DNA from: Octopus vulgaris | Lineage: Eukaryota | Length of the DNA stretch: 64,000 nucleotides | Assembly (NCBI GenBank): GCA_951406725.2 | Contig: OX597818.1 | Coordinates: 55,242,001-55,306,000 of the forward strand | Reading direction: 5' to 3' | Shown here: piece by piece, positions 18,818 through 32,324 of the stretch | Position numbering within the stretch: position 1 is the first letter of the stretch | Layout of the letters: each line of letters opens with the position of its first letter | The notes under the pieces: generated by a model | Databases searched by the model: none | The model's input: only the letters and a program-made list of their open reading frames with translations | What the model was told of the DNA's origin: nothing | Position numbers and translations under genes: made by a program

Positions 18818-18992
18818 CAGTGATTTCCCAACCTTTTCACTTCCAAGGACCCCTTTTATTTAAATGAGTTTTCTCACGGACCCCTTAATATGCCTATCAT
18901 TACATTAATATATATATATAATATATGAGATTTTGAATTTAGCTCACGGGCTCTTCGTGTTGCCCTTGCGGACCCCAGGTTGGAAACCCCTG
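18818..18992. mobile_element. Short hAT MITE
   Basis: TIRs CAGTGATTTCCCAACCT / AGGTTGGAAACCCCTG; flanks CAATAGAT and CAATAAAA (6/8). Confidence 0.75.
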
Positions 18993-19049
18993 CAATAAAA
19001 GAACTTTGGTTATTTGAAGGATTACCCTCTATGCTAATATTTACAGTAA

Positions 19050-19240
19050 ACCGAGCGAAATGCTTAAAGCGGTATTTCGTCTGTCTTACGTTCTGATTTC
19101 AAATTCCGCCGAGGTCGACTTTGCCTTTCATCCTTTCGGGGTCGATAAATTAAGTACTAGTTCCGTACTGGGGTCGATCTAATCGACTGTTCCCCTCCTC
19201 AAAAACTTCGGGCCTTGTGCCTAGAGTAAAGAAGAATATT
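19050..19240 (+). mobile_element. SINE family B with tail type 2
   Basis: Core GAGGTCGACTTTGCCTTTCATCCTTTCGGGGTCGATAAA; tail GGCCTTGTGCCTAGAGTA. Confidence 0.9.
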
Positions 19241-20454
19241 TAGAGTAAGGAAATAGAAGAATCATCCTATTGTTGTTTTTCTTATTAAAACCCAAGGTTT
19301 AATTAAGTTCTTTGTGGTAGGAGCGCTGTAGTTAATTACTCTAAATATATTTACATTCGGCTTAATATTCTTCAAGGTGTTGCTCCAGCATGGCCACAGT
19401 CTATTGACTGAATCAAGTGAAAGCTAAAAGGAACCACATCAAAGCATGATGATATATATAAGCTATATAATATGTTTTAATTAGTAATAATTTACTGTAA
19501 TATGAGTCCCCTTCCGCTACACCAGGTTTCAATTGCATTAGGGGTCATTTGGGGATTCTGCTACTTAAACAGTACTTAAGATGACTCCTTCAATCTCAGC
19601 CCCGTTTAATAGTCGGCTCTTGAAATTTAGTCTAAAAATATGGCCCACCAAAACTTCGAATCTCGTGAATATCTATCAGTCTCTTGGCAATCCTTCGGTA
19701 TTAGTAGACGACGTCATTTGCTCATAGAATTGTTCCTTCATGACATGATTAAAGAGGTTGAACGATATCGATTATCAATATCGAATGTCTACCCAATCTA
19801 TTTCATTGATGGTATATTCTGTTAAATGTAATGTTTATTGATCTTGTTTCGAAATAGTCAAGCACCATTATTTTGTAGCTTTTAGAGTTCAGGGATGTGA
19901 ATGTTTATTTATGAAATGACATTGTAGGTTAGGTGTGAGAGGCTAGATCTGACCAGTTTGAGCATAAAGCCGGTAGAATACCTTGGGCCAGTTTAAAGGT
20001 TGTGTCTCGTCAGCTCTCACAGGATTTGAACTCAGAAAGTTCATGTATCTCAACGTATTCTTAAATCAACAACCATACCGATTGTACCTTCGAAGGAGTA
20101 TAAAATGAAAATAATGATAATCATTTTGTACTATAAAACATAAGGGCTGAACTTTGGGGAGCTAAGTAAATTACATCGATCCCATTTATTACGTCGACCC
20201 CTGAAAGAATGAAAGGTATAAAAGTCGACCTCGTTAGAATTTGAACTCGCAATGTAAAAACGAACATGCTGCTAAGCGTTGTGCTAAACGGTTCGGTCAT
20301 ACCTCCACCCCAAATTTAATCAATAAAAATTTCTTCAAAACACCTTTCCATAACAACCCATCCAAAACCTAATCACCCCACTACTGAAACCCAGACACCC
20401 AAGGAAGATTTTGACTCAACAAAGACTTTATAAAGCCAAGATAAATTCATTGCA

Positions 20455-20504
20455 TCGCAGTCTAATGATGGCGTAACTGGCCGAAACTTCTAAGTCTCTA
20501 TCGA
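20455..20504 (+). ncRNA. Hammerhead-like motif, mutated core (CTAATGA)
   Basis: CTAATGA-t-ggc(gtaactg)gcc-GAAA-cttctaa-GTC-tctatcga; stems II and III pair, stem I is partly degraded. Confidence 0.6.
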
Positions 20505-20636
20505 TAATATTCTTGTTTGAGAATGATATATTTGTATTATACAAAATTATAGAATAACCCATTATTAGATTAATGTAAAATTGTTTTTATTATAACTGAA
20601 CATAAATCAAACATTAACACATATATATGTATTTCG

Positions 20637-21014
20637 TTTTTGGATTTGGTTTGCAAGATTCTTTATATGAGTTCGTGTGTTGAAGTATATTTTGTTGTGT
20701 CTGCGGCGGGTAATTTTCTTTTTGTGCCTTATAATGTAACACACTCACCGGTAAAATTTCAACTTTTTTCTTATTTTTATTGTCCTAAAATTTTCGTTGC
20801 GTCTTGCAACCTTTTCAATAGTTTTGACTCTCAGAGTCAAACTCAGAGTTTTGAGAGTCAAAACTATTGAAAAGGTTGAGAGTCAAGATTGCAAGACGCA
20901 ACGAAAATTTTAGGAAAATAAAAATAAGAAAAAAGTTGAAATTTTACCGGTGAGTGTGTTACATAATAAGGCACAAAAAGAAAATTACTCTCCCCAGACA
21001 CAACAGAACATATT
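20637..21014. mobile_element. Foldback Penelope-like pLTR remnant, about 150-bp inverted arms
   Basis: 20684-20833 is the reverse complement of 20852-21014 apart from a short insertion; a single-arm copy of the family lies at 42808-42983. Confidence 0.75.
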
Positions 21015-21531
21015 TATTATATAATATTAAAATACATATTGTTTTTGCCAGAGGTTGTGGCCTGGCTGAGGCACTACCATTAGCGCTAACGCATGTTTAT
21101 TTTAGACTCACATCACGGACCTGTGTCCAGATTCGGTCCTAGTAAAGTATTAAGCTGGACACCGTTCTCCTTCGATGCATATCTTGCTGTGATGTGCGTT
21201 CATCTGATCGTCCGGTATATCAGATGAAAATTTGTCTGAATGTTCGTTGCACACACAACATCCACATCGACCCCCACCTCGTAAGACCCCAGGCCTTTTG
21301 GCAATCTAATGAAAAGTTCTATTGCATTATATATAATTATAATATTATTTTGCATTGTCTGGATTGTGTTGTTATATTTAGCGCAAGCCCGAAGACTTCA
21401 TTGAGCTTTTCTTCCGAGTCTTTGGACAGAGTAAGAGTTCAGTAATGAAAAACGAAATTTCACATTATCGAACGGTTGTCTGTTTTTCAAAGATCGAAAT
21501 CAAGAAACTTAGAAATCGATTACTAAAGTGT

Positions 21532-21569
<38 letters not shown>

Positions 21570-21820
21570 TAAAGAGAGAGAGAGAGGGGCACGCACAGAT
21601 TTCCTATTGAGTGCTTGCTCTCTTCTTGTTTGCGAAGTTTTTATACTAAAATATACGTGCACGTCCATGCACACACGTATCTATGCGTACGTATATACAT
21701 GTATATATAATGTGTGTACGTACATATACTTCGTTGTGTCTCAGAAGGACTCTACCGTCGACCTGTCAACGATGAGACTTCAAACCTGTTTAGACTAACA
21801 GATAAAAAACCACGTTTGTA

Positions 21821-21858
<38 letters not shown>

Positions 21859-21867
21859 ATCCATATA

Positions 21868-21909
<42 letters not shown>

Positions 21910-22654
21910 AAGGAAACAATTGTTGGTTCATATGTTGAATAATTTATTAATTTGTATCCACTAGAGCTCTGTTTTCTAACTAAATATATATATACACGTT
22001 TGTATACATATATGTATATGTGTCTATGTATATTTGTGTGTGACCCGTGAGATGTCACTCTGTAGCGTACACTCTTACCTTATTAATATATAATAATAAT
22101 AAAAATAATAATAGTAATAATAATATTTCTTTTAGTTACTCAAGTTCAATCGAACAGAGGCCATCTCACAAACCACTACAAAAGCTGTAGGATTCGCACA
22201 CAACCAAGTACGATGTAATAAACAGCCAAAGCCGGGGTGGGGAGGGGAGTAAAAGGGGTGAAAGACTAAAATAGGGAATGAAAATGATAGGGCTCCATAA
22301 AGGTAGACAGCTTAGACAGCTTACCCGGGATTCAGTCAAAAGATCCATGTTGATGTTGATATTACCATACATGTAAGTGTCCCCTATCCCTGCTGTTTCC
22401 CCTGGACAACAGGTGCCTGCTAAATTTATTGTGACAGATTAGACAAAACTATCGTCACCCTTAATCAACCATCGTTTGACAAATCCTCTTGATCGGTGGT
22501 TCTCAGGCGGGGCCTTACATGACTATTGGGGGTCCAGATAAGATTTTGTTGTTAAAATTTATGGGCAATAAATTAGTTATGCTTTCACAATACACAAAAT
22601 ATTTTAACGTTTTTTAAAAATACAATTCCTAATAATATTTAACTTTATATATAT

Positions 22655-22851
22655 GTGACCTCGTGTGCACCGTTGGCGATTTTTTTTCCCTCTGTATTCC
22701 CTTCTCTGGATCTTTCCTTCTCCTATGTTTCCGACGAAGAGCTCCGCTCGAAACGTTAAACCCTCCTTCTTTCCTGAGCTTCCAATAATACTATATTTGT
22801 TCCACGTCCTCGCGTTGTTGTGTTTTTTTGTGCTTTCTTGTTTGGATTAAC

Positions 22852-22855
<4 letters not shown>
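22655..22855 (+). mobile_element. Penelope-like pLTR remnant with minimal hammerhead (22727-22761)
   Basis: gttt-CCGACGA-a-gagc(tcc)gctc-GAAA-cGTT-aaac; ends in (TA)n; decayed homologue on the minus strand at 62880-63070. Confidence 0.75.
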
Positions 22856-22941
<86 letters not shown>

Positions 22942-23125
22942 CTGTGTGTGTGTATTGAATGGCAGTGGATTGATTATATCGACCCTATTACTCGTCTGGT
23001 ACTTATTTTATCGGCCCCGAATGGAGGAAAGGCGAAGTCGATCTCAAAAGATTTAGAACTCATTATGTGATAAGCATGAAGAAATGCCACATAATAACAA
23101 TAACAATAATAATAATAATAATAAT

Positions 23126-23731
23126 ACCATTACCCATATCACGAACGAATGCCCTAGACTTGCCCAAAACCACTACACGTTGTGGCGAGACGGTGACCAG
23201 GTAGCGAAAGTGCTACATTGGAAACTGTGCGAAAAGTGGAGGCTAGAGAGAGAGATAGTGGTATGATAGACGGAGTTGGAGACTAAGCAGAATCCTCTGG
23301 GATTTCCCAATCCAAACAGATCAGGTGCTAGTGCATAACAGACCGGGCCTGGTGGTGGTGGACAAGGTGCATCACATATTCCATATAGTTGATGTTGCGT
23401 GTCCCTTTGACCCAAGAATAGTCAAGAAGGAAGGCGAAAAGATAGATAGATGGATACAACCCTCTTAAGTACGAAATAGCCCGGTTATGGAAAATGAAGA
23501 CCGTGAAGATAGTGCCAATTATTTTTGGGTCCTTGGGAATAGTATCGGAAGGCATCAAGAGGAATATAAAGGAAATTGGAATAGAGTTGAACTGTTACAA
23601 ATGGTTTACCTCCTTAGCACGGCCAGAATAATCAGGAAAGTAATTAAAGAGCTGAAAAGGAGGGAATGCAAGGTACCGTAAGGCTACAGGTAGCAAGAGT
23701 CCAGGAGCTCCAACAAAACCAGTCCTAAAGA

Positions 23732-23732
<1 letters not shown>
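23126..23732 (+). mobile_element. 5'-truncated Dong/R4-clade non-LTR retrotransposon (zinc knuckle and restriction-like endonuclease remnant)
   Basis: Frameshifted peptides HITNECPRLAQNHY..VAKVLHWKLCEKW, ILWDFPIQTD..HNRPGLVVVDK..IVDVACPFD, YEIARLWKMKTVKIVPIIFGSLG, LLSTARIIRKV; (TAA)n on both sides. Confidence 0.9.
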
Positions 23733-23786
<54 letters not shown>

Positions 23787-24001
23787 TGCAAAATACTCTC
23801 TATGTAATCCCAAGGTTTAAAACAAACTTTTTTTTTTAAATCTATGTATTAGACATTCACTAGTACAACACCAAAAAAATCCCCAAATATATGGCACACT
23901 AGGCATAACAACAACGTGAACTTCCAACCTGTTGTCTCTTGAGGTCTCTGTGTGAGTGAGACTTGGAGCCAACTTGTACAGACATAAAGCAAAAGTCAAA
24001 C

Positions 24002-24002
<1 letters not shown>
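23787..24002 (+). mobile_element. 3' end of a probable second Dong-like element
   Basis: Begins with an ORF-end-like AAAATACTCTCTATGTAA (KILSM*), followed by a different 3' UTR, and ends in (TAA)n. Confidence 0.55.
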
Positions 24003-24037
<35 letters not shown>

Positions 24038-24039
24038 TA

Positions 24040-24232
24040 ATTCTTTCTGCTATAGACATGAAGCCTGAGTTTTGGGGAGCAGGGGTTTAGTCGATTTGTA
24101 ATAGACCCCGAAAGGATGAAAGGTAAAAATCGACCTCGGCGGAATTTGAACTCACAGCATAAAGACAGACGAAATGCCGCTAAGCATTTCTTTCACCCGG
24201 CGTGTTTAACGATTCTGCCTGCGCGCCGCCCT
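24040..24232 (-). mobile_element. SINE family B
   Basis: CCCCGAAAGGATGAAAGG...CGACCTCGGCGGAATTTGAACTC. Confidence 0.85.
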
Positions 24233-24599
24233 AATAATAATAGTAATAATATTAATAATAGTGATTTCTTTATTAACTACAAGGGTTTATATCAAAACAA
24301 ATATTATGGGACAGTACAGGACAAGACAAAGAATGTGTGTAATATCATCATCAGTGAATCAAAAAAAATGTGTAAATAGCTAAAGCTTTAATTCAACGCC
24401 TTGTTGTACACTTTGAAGGTGTTGAGCGGTTCAGGACTTGTATTAAATGCCGCGAGAGAAACAAGTTGAAATGAAAGGGAATACAAAAAGCAACGCAAAC
24501 ATTTTTCACACAAGAACATAATCCTTTTGTTTACATATGCATGTCTATACAGGTATTTATACAGCAGTATATATGTGTGTGTATGTAAGCTCTGTGTGT

Positions 24600-25140
<541 letters not shown>

Positions 25141-25640
25141 TCTATATTCAATTTAATTAATTAGTCGACGAACGGATATCGGTTAAATTGTATTGTGTAT
25201 TGGACAGAAAGAGAAGATAAGTGCCTTTGTGTCATGAACCAAATTGGAATCGCTTTGAGCTGGCCGTAAGAGTGGATGGACCCACAAGAGTTATTGGGTG
25301 TCCACACTTTAGGCGAGGCCCCTTCCTGAAAAAGTTACAAATAGAAAACACCTGGAAAGTGAGAACTTAAAAGCCCCGGTTAACAACCTCGTGGAACTGA
25401 CAAAACTGAAGATGTAAAAATTCATAAGAATATCTTGGAAGATAGGGACGAATGAACCTTAATTAATTTTCGAACCGGCCATTATATATGCCCCCCACGC
25501 ACCAAGAGTTGATCACTGTGCATAAATTAAAAGAATAACGGTGTGTGTGTGTGTGTGTATTATACATATATTTTAGTAGACAGAAACTGGAAGAAGCCCG
25601 TCGTATATATGTATATCTTTGTGTTTGTCCCCCACCCTCG

Positions 25641-25682
<42 letters not shown>

Positions 25683-25756
25683 GTATATTCATATGTAAAT
25701 ATACAAACAGAGAATTAGGGATAAAATCGCTTTAATGATTTTATCAAGTGGTCAGC

Positions 25757-25798
<42 letters not shown>

Positions 25799-25807
25799 GC
25801 GCGTGTG

Positions 25808-25884
<77 letters not shown>

Positions 25885-26492
25885 CTATTCCGTATTGGCA
25901 TGGATGGATTGGACAGGCTCTGCAGTCCTCAAGCACAGCGTTTCACCTCTGAAAATTGCAATCCTTTGTCTTCGCCTTCCCGAGTTTCAGTCTTTTGCGA
26001 TCATCTGTCACCCTTCTCTAGTCTACCTTAGCCTTTTCTCCCCCCACCCACCCCACCCACTTCTGCATTATATCCTTCTGATTCCCTTCAACTCAGATCT
26101 CTTCTCAGGCACTTCTTTACCCAACTATTAACTTCCTTACCTTACACATAAAGGTTCTGCCAGTTCAACTGCTCTCTCCTCTGCACCCTTCATTTGATTC
26201 TTCTTATATCCACCCCACATCCTTTTATTTTTTCCCCCTTATAACAGTTGTTTTCCATCCTTCGTCCTATACTAAACATGAAGTATGCCTAAACATACAT
26301 TCATACACACATACATAGAATGATAGATACACACACACACACACACACGGCAACGCTTAACAAAGATATTTCTAATATGACGGCAAATAAGCCACCCCCT
26401 ATCCACCTGACTTCGAGTTTCTATTACGGTTAATAATGATGATAAGAACACGAACATTGTATCTCAAATTGCATCAAACCGTGTATATATGT

Positions 26493-26600
26493 AGAAGGAA
26501 CAAAGCTAATGTGTGTATAAACGTGTATATTTTTAACAGTATATCCATTTATACTCACAAACATAAATACTTATATACATACATGTATGTATACACACAA

Positions 26601-26635
<35 letters not shown>

Positions 26636-26856
26636 TGTATATATATATATATATATATAATATATATATGCATGTATATATATATATATATACGTGTATA
26701 TATATATAAGGAACAAAGCTAATGTATGTATAAATGTGTATATTAACAGTTCTTCCATTTGTACACAAACATATTTATATACATACATGTAATGAATACA
26801 CACATCTATATATACATATAAACACACACATACACACACACACACACACACATATG

Positions 26857-26889
<33 letters not shown>

Positions 26890-26950
26890 GTATATATGTA
26901 TATATATATATGTATATGTATATATATATATATGTATATATATGTATATA

Positions 26951-27023
<73 letters not shown>

Positions 27024-27082
27024 GTATATATATATGTATATGTATATATATATGTATATGTATATATATATGTATATGTATG

Positions 27083-27176
<94 letters not shown>

Positions 27177-27213
27177 CACATATATATATATACATATATG
27201 TGTGTGTATGTGT

Positions 27214-27283
<70 letters not shown>

Positions 27284-27310
27284 GCACAAACACACATATA
27301 TATGCATACA
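26493..27310. repeat. Diverged ~85-bp direct duplication (26494 and 26708) within TA-rich microsatellite
   Basis: AAGGAACAAAGCTAATGT...TATATACATACATGTA occurs twice. Confidence 0.8.
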
Positions 27311-27875
27311 TACGTAGATTCGCTCTTATATGTTAAGAAGGTATCAACTATCCTTCGTGTCGCTTATGCATTCCATAAACAGGTTGCTTTGCAGATTTCA
27401 CAAAAAATAAAATTAGTAAAAATAATAACGACTTTGTGAGAGATATTTTTTTCTTAGGTTTCAGGGGTTTTGTTGGCAGCTGTTGTCATATTTTGAAGAG
27501 TTTAATCGTTAATTCATATTTGTTTAGTAACGAAACATCGTTTAATAATCTCCTTGTAGTTTCGGCTGCTTTCTGACATTAGCTCACGTCAGCCTTGATT
27601 GAACAGGACTGTGATCAAATACGTTCCAGCTTTGACCATCCTGTGTTTTTGTCCAGTATGTCCCAATTTTTTTCTAAAGATAGTGGAATACGATTTGAGA
27701 AAGATTTGGTTACTCTTTCTAGCATGTTGAATTTACTATCATTAACAATGTTGCCAAGGTATTCAACTTATGGTTTTTGAAGGTTTAATACCGTAAAGAC
27801 GTACATATTATTTGGAGATTTAATATTAATTGTGGAAATATACATGCTATAATTTTTGAATATATATATATATAT

Positions 27876-28007
27876 TCAAAGATTAATCAGCCGAAATTGC
27901 GAGGATGATCCGGTTCTTGACTGAAGATTGAAGGCTTCGAATGTACCGTCCGTGTTTTTTGTATCGTCTTCTAAATGTCTTGCGTTCTTGTCCCAGTTTG
28001 TATTTTT
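27876..28007 (+). mobile_element. ~135-bp (TA)n-embedded repeat, probable Penelope-like tail
   Basis: Near-identical reverse copy at 48091-48226; both abut microsatellites. Confidence 0.7.
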
Positions 28008-28198
28008 ATATATATATATATATATAATTTCAATTCTGTACATAATAATAGTGATATTTTATCTTATAAGCGATCACCGTTCAATGACTTAAAGAAATAT
28101 AGACCCCCGCGTACGAGAACCCTTCTTTTTTCCGTCGAGGTCTAATATGCCCCATAGTCATTGCATGGTGATCGCTTATAAAGCTTTAGCTTACGAAA

Positions 28199-28252
<54 letters not shown>

Positions 28253-29011
28253 ATATATATATATTCAATAATGTCGTTAAGGTACGTCATAACAATTTAA
28301 AAACTCCCGAGAAAACGTGAAATAATTCGTTTTTAAAAGGGCTGGTCGTTGAACTCGAAGTAGATGAAGCTATAAATGACAGCATGTAAAATATTAGGTT
28401 GAAAGAAAACCCTCGAATAGGAAAAAAAAGTCGAAACTGCGCTGTTGATAATGTTGTGAAGGCCTGTATTGTAGTGTTCGGCGGTTAATAGAAATTGTTG
28501 ATAATGTCAAGAGGTACAGTTCATAATGTGCTTCAATGCTAAGTCATGAATTTGGGGATTAATGTAGTGTTAATAATGTTGTCAATACTTACACGTTACA
28601 GTATATTAAGATATAATAAATTTATAGTATATTAAATGCATTAAGATGTAATAATATACGTCACAGTACTTGCGGAATGCCATGGTAATAATATATTGCT
28701 AACAATCCTTTTCTACTAATATGCACAAAGCCCTCAGTTTTTTTTTGGGGGGAAAGTGGGCTGGTTGGTTTCATCTCCACCCCCAATCCGCCACTTGCTG
28801 AAATAGTTCTTATTTTCTTGTTTTATCAATCCCGAAAGGATAAAAGGTAAAGTCGACCTCGGTGGAATTCGAACTCAGAATGTAAAGACGGACGGAAACA
28901 CCTCGAAGCATCTTGTCAGGCATGCTAACGATTTTGCCAGCTCGCGTTGTCAAGACACACACACACACACACACACACACGTATTTTTAGTTCTTGCAGA
29001 TTATTATAGTA

Positions 29012-29063
<52 letters not shown>

Positions 29064-29194
29064 TGTTGTACGAGACATATGCTATATATTATTTAATACT
29101 ATGTTAATAATATTAAAACAAAATGTTTTGTAATATGTGAAGATCAAATATATTGTCCATTAATGGATATTGTGAAGATTTATATTTTAGAATA

Positions 29195-29304
29195 CAGTAG
29201 TACCTCGGTTTTCGAACACCTGATCGCGAATAAATCGCGCTTTATATATATATATATATATATGGATGGACAGATAGATAGATAGATAGATAGATACATA
29301 TATA

Positions 29305-29353
<49 letters not shown>

Positions 29354-29543
29354 TTTATTTAAAGCAGCAGAAAATTCAACAAAACCTGTTACTCTGAGTT
29401 TCCTGTTGCCGTTCATCGGACAGGGGAACTCAGAGTAACAGGTTTTGTTGAATTTTCTGCTGCTTTAAATAAAGCATATTACTCTACCACTGGTATTTGA
29501 GTACTCTTTTTTCCACCTTGTTTCACATTTATGTGTTTACTCC

Positions 29544-29600
<57 letters not shown>

Positions 29601-29661
29601 ATAGGTAGATACATATATATGAATATATATATATATGGATAGATAGATAGATACATATATA

Positions 29662-29708
<47 letters not shown>

Positions 29709-29765
29709 ATAGATAGAGCACGGTTTATCTGTGGTCAGAGGCGTTCGGAAACCGAGGTACTACCG
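29195..29765. mobile_element. Tigger/pogo-like MITE hosting a microsatellite and a nested Penelope-like remnant
   Basis: TIRs CAGTAGTACCTCGGTTTTCGAAC / GTTCGGAAACCGAGGTACTACCG; TA on both sides. Confidence 0.85.
29385..29424 (-). ncRNA. Hammerhead-like motif (core CCGATGA) within a 48-bp perfect inverted repeat
   Basis: cctgt-CCGATGA-acggcaacag-GAAA-ctcaga-GTA-acagg; 5-bp stem I, weak stem II; inverted repeat 29353-29400 / 29427-29474. Confidence 0.7.
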
Positions 29766-29817
29766 TATTTGAATATTATTATAAATTATGGCTGTTTAGT
29801 ACCTGGTGAATTAAAAC

Positions 29818-30374
29818 CAAGGTTCTTCTGAAATCGGGGTATACGTACCTTTAAGAATACGTAAGAGAGATTGTGAGGATAGGTGACGTTTATAAAATAT
29901 ATTAGAAGTTTGAAGTAATCACGACCAACTAAAGGCATCCTTTGAACCTAAAATATTTGTAGTCTTTTGCTGATTCCGTCAATTTTTTGTTGTGAACCAG
30001 GGGTTTTTCAACAATACTTATTTATATACGCAAACACAAATTTTCTGCAAGACCCAATTGAGAAATGATACGTGTGTATGCCTTACCTGAAATTGTGGCT
30101 AAAATTGATTGACTTGGTCGTCAGAAAATGATACCAAGCTCTTTAAAAAATGTGACGTTAAATTTCTTAGAAAGGGCACACATCCCCGTAAGAATTATAT
30201 CTTATTAAGTTGAACATGGCGAAGTTTGACCCTTGAAATAAAATTAATGGCAAATAATAACGTGTATGTCCATTGTTTTATGAAACTTTTGTACGGAAAG
30301 GTTTCACATTATGTTCTTCGCACTGCCGGGCACAATGAAGGGGTACACAAGGAGCAGACGTTTGAGAACCCTTG
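29818..30374 (+). mobile_element. Internally deleted hAT (Charlie/Buster-like) element
   Basis: Ends CAAGGTTCTTC / GAGAACCCTTG; decayed C-terminal transposase-like codons (CEPGF, RNDTCVCL) at about 29990-30140. Confidence 0.55.
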
Positions 30375-30501
30375 GACAAGACCTATTTTGAAGGCATGAA
30401 AGGATCTTGGTTCTGACTGTTTTGGTTTGTTGTTGTTTTTTTTTCTACTTTCTTTTTACCTTTTCTTACATTGGTTGGTAGATACAATAATCGTCGTCTA
30501 C

Positions 30502-30722
30502 AAGGCGGCGAGCTGGCAGAAACGTTAGCACGCCGGGCGAAATTCTTAGCGGTGTTTCGTCTGCCGTTACGTTCTGAGTTCAAATTCCGCCGAGTTCGAC
30601 TCTGCCTTTCATCCTTTCGAGATCGATAAATTAAGTACCAGTTACGCACTGGGGTCGATATAATCGACTTAATCCCTTTGTCTGTCCTTGTTTGTCCTCT
30701 CTATGTTTAGCTCCTTGTGGGC
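30502..30722 (+). mobile_element. SINE family B with tail type 1
   Basis: Head AAGGCGGCGAGCTGGCAGAA, B-box GAGTTCAAATTC, family core, tail TTTGTCTGTCCTTGTTTG. Confidence 0.92.
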
Positions 30723-31227
30723 GATACGATACAACAACCGTCATTCGTTTAACACCATTTGTTTCTTGATTACGTTTGTTGTTTCATTTTGTTTTAAACA
30801 TTCGGGATCACTTCATCTCGTCCCTCTCCTTGTCTCAAAGGCCTTAACAAAAACAATAAATAAAAAGGTAGGGGTGTCATGATGTTGCCCTTCTCTCCCT
30901 AAACTTCTGCCTGCCCTGTGTCTAAGGACATATTTCCCTGGCAACGTTCCTATTTTTTTTTTCGACCACCAGAATAAGTTGGGACTTATGGAAGGAATGT
31001 ATGAAACTAGGATAAATATTATATCAGGCTTATGAGAATAATTTGGACAGGTAAAGAGTTAAGAAAACGGTAAAAAAAAAAAGAAACCCCATCTAAGACT
31101 ATTATTCAGCACCCAGGCAAAATTTCGAGGGAGAAACGAAGCAAATAACAAAAAGACGACAGAACAACGAACTTGGAATACAAGATCACCATTACACCGT
31201 GAAGACGGAACAGCAAAGAATCGACGT

Positions 31228-31363
31228 TGAATTCTTCTCTTTCTTCCTACTAACGTAATTCTATTGTCTTTGTACCCGTAGCTCTTGTTTTCTGGTGAAT
31301 TCTTCTCTTTCTTCCTACTAACGTAATTCTATTGTCTTTGTACCCGTAGCTCTTGTTTTCTGG
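31228..31363 (+). repeat. Perfect 68-bp tandem duplication
   Basis: 31228-31295 is identical to 31296-31363. Confidence 0.95.
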
Positions 31364-31923
31364 TCCTTTTATTTTTAGTTTTTATTAGAGATTCTTTTTT
31401 GTTTTTCGGTCGGGTGTTTGCCTTATTGGTGCACTCTACCCGGGTTATCACTAGATTTGTATTATGCTGTATTGTTGTCCAATGCCGTTCTCTTTTATGT
31501 GTGTTCGTCTATAAGACGGGTATAATGTGATTTGAGCGAAAGAGAAGCGGGGTGGCTATATAAATATACTGTCTTAAGATTACACAATGCCTGTCCTTGT
31601 TAAATTAACAATAATAGCAACTCAGGGTCGAGTTGAAGGCAAGATTCATCGCTTTAATATGAGGCACGGTTGTGTCAAACATTCAACACACACAAAGAAG
31701 TTATGTCTGGCCATTTAGAATAAAGAACTCAAAGATAATTTTTAGCACGAATAAACACTTAATTCATAATTGTTTGTATTGACAAAATGTATTTTGTCGA
31801 ATTAACAATTGTTAAATGTTTTATATATGATATGACTGCATCGCATTCAGCCGCAGAAACAGCTGTAAGCCATTGAATAAGTGTTTATCCTTTTGTCATC
31901 CCAATTTCTCATTACCGTTTTAA

Positions 31924-32071
31924 TGTGTGGTAAGTAAATTGTTTACCAACCACATGGTTCCGGGTTCAGTCCCACTGCATGGCACCTTGGGCAAGTGCCT
32001 TCTACTGTAGCCCCGGGCCGACCAAAGCGTTGTGAGTGGATTTGGTAGACGGAAACTGAAAGAAGCCCGTC

Positions 32072-32119
<48 letters not shown>

Positions 32120-32324
32120 CTGTGTGTTTGTGTATGTCCCCCTAGCATTGCTTGACAACCGATGCTGTGTGTTTATATCCCCGTTACTTAGCGGTTCGGC
32201 AAAAGCAACCGATAGAATAAGTACTGGGCTTACAAAAGAATAAGTCCCGGGGTCGATTTCTTCGACTAAAGGCGGTGCTCCAGCATGGCCACAGTCAAAT
32301 GACTGAAACAAGTAAAATAGAGAG
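31924..32324 (+). mobile_element. SINE family A
   Basis: Near full-length match to 1916-2318. Confidence 0.92.

Noticed and set aside
27915-27950. CTGAAGA...GAAT as a hammerhead
   Set aside because: Both copies have GAAT rather than GAAA and no stem I; kept only as a repeat family.
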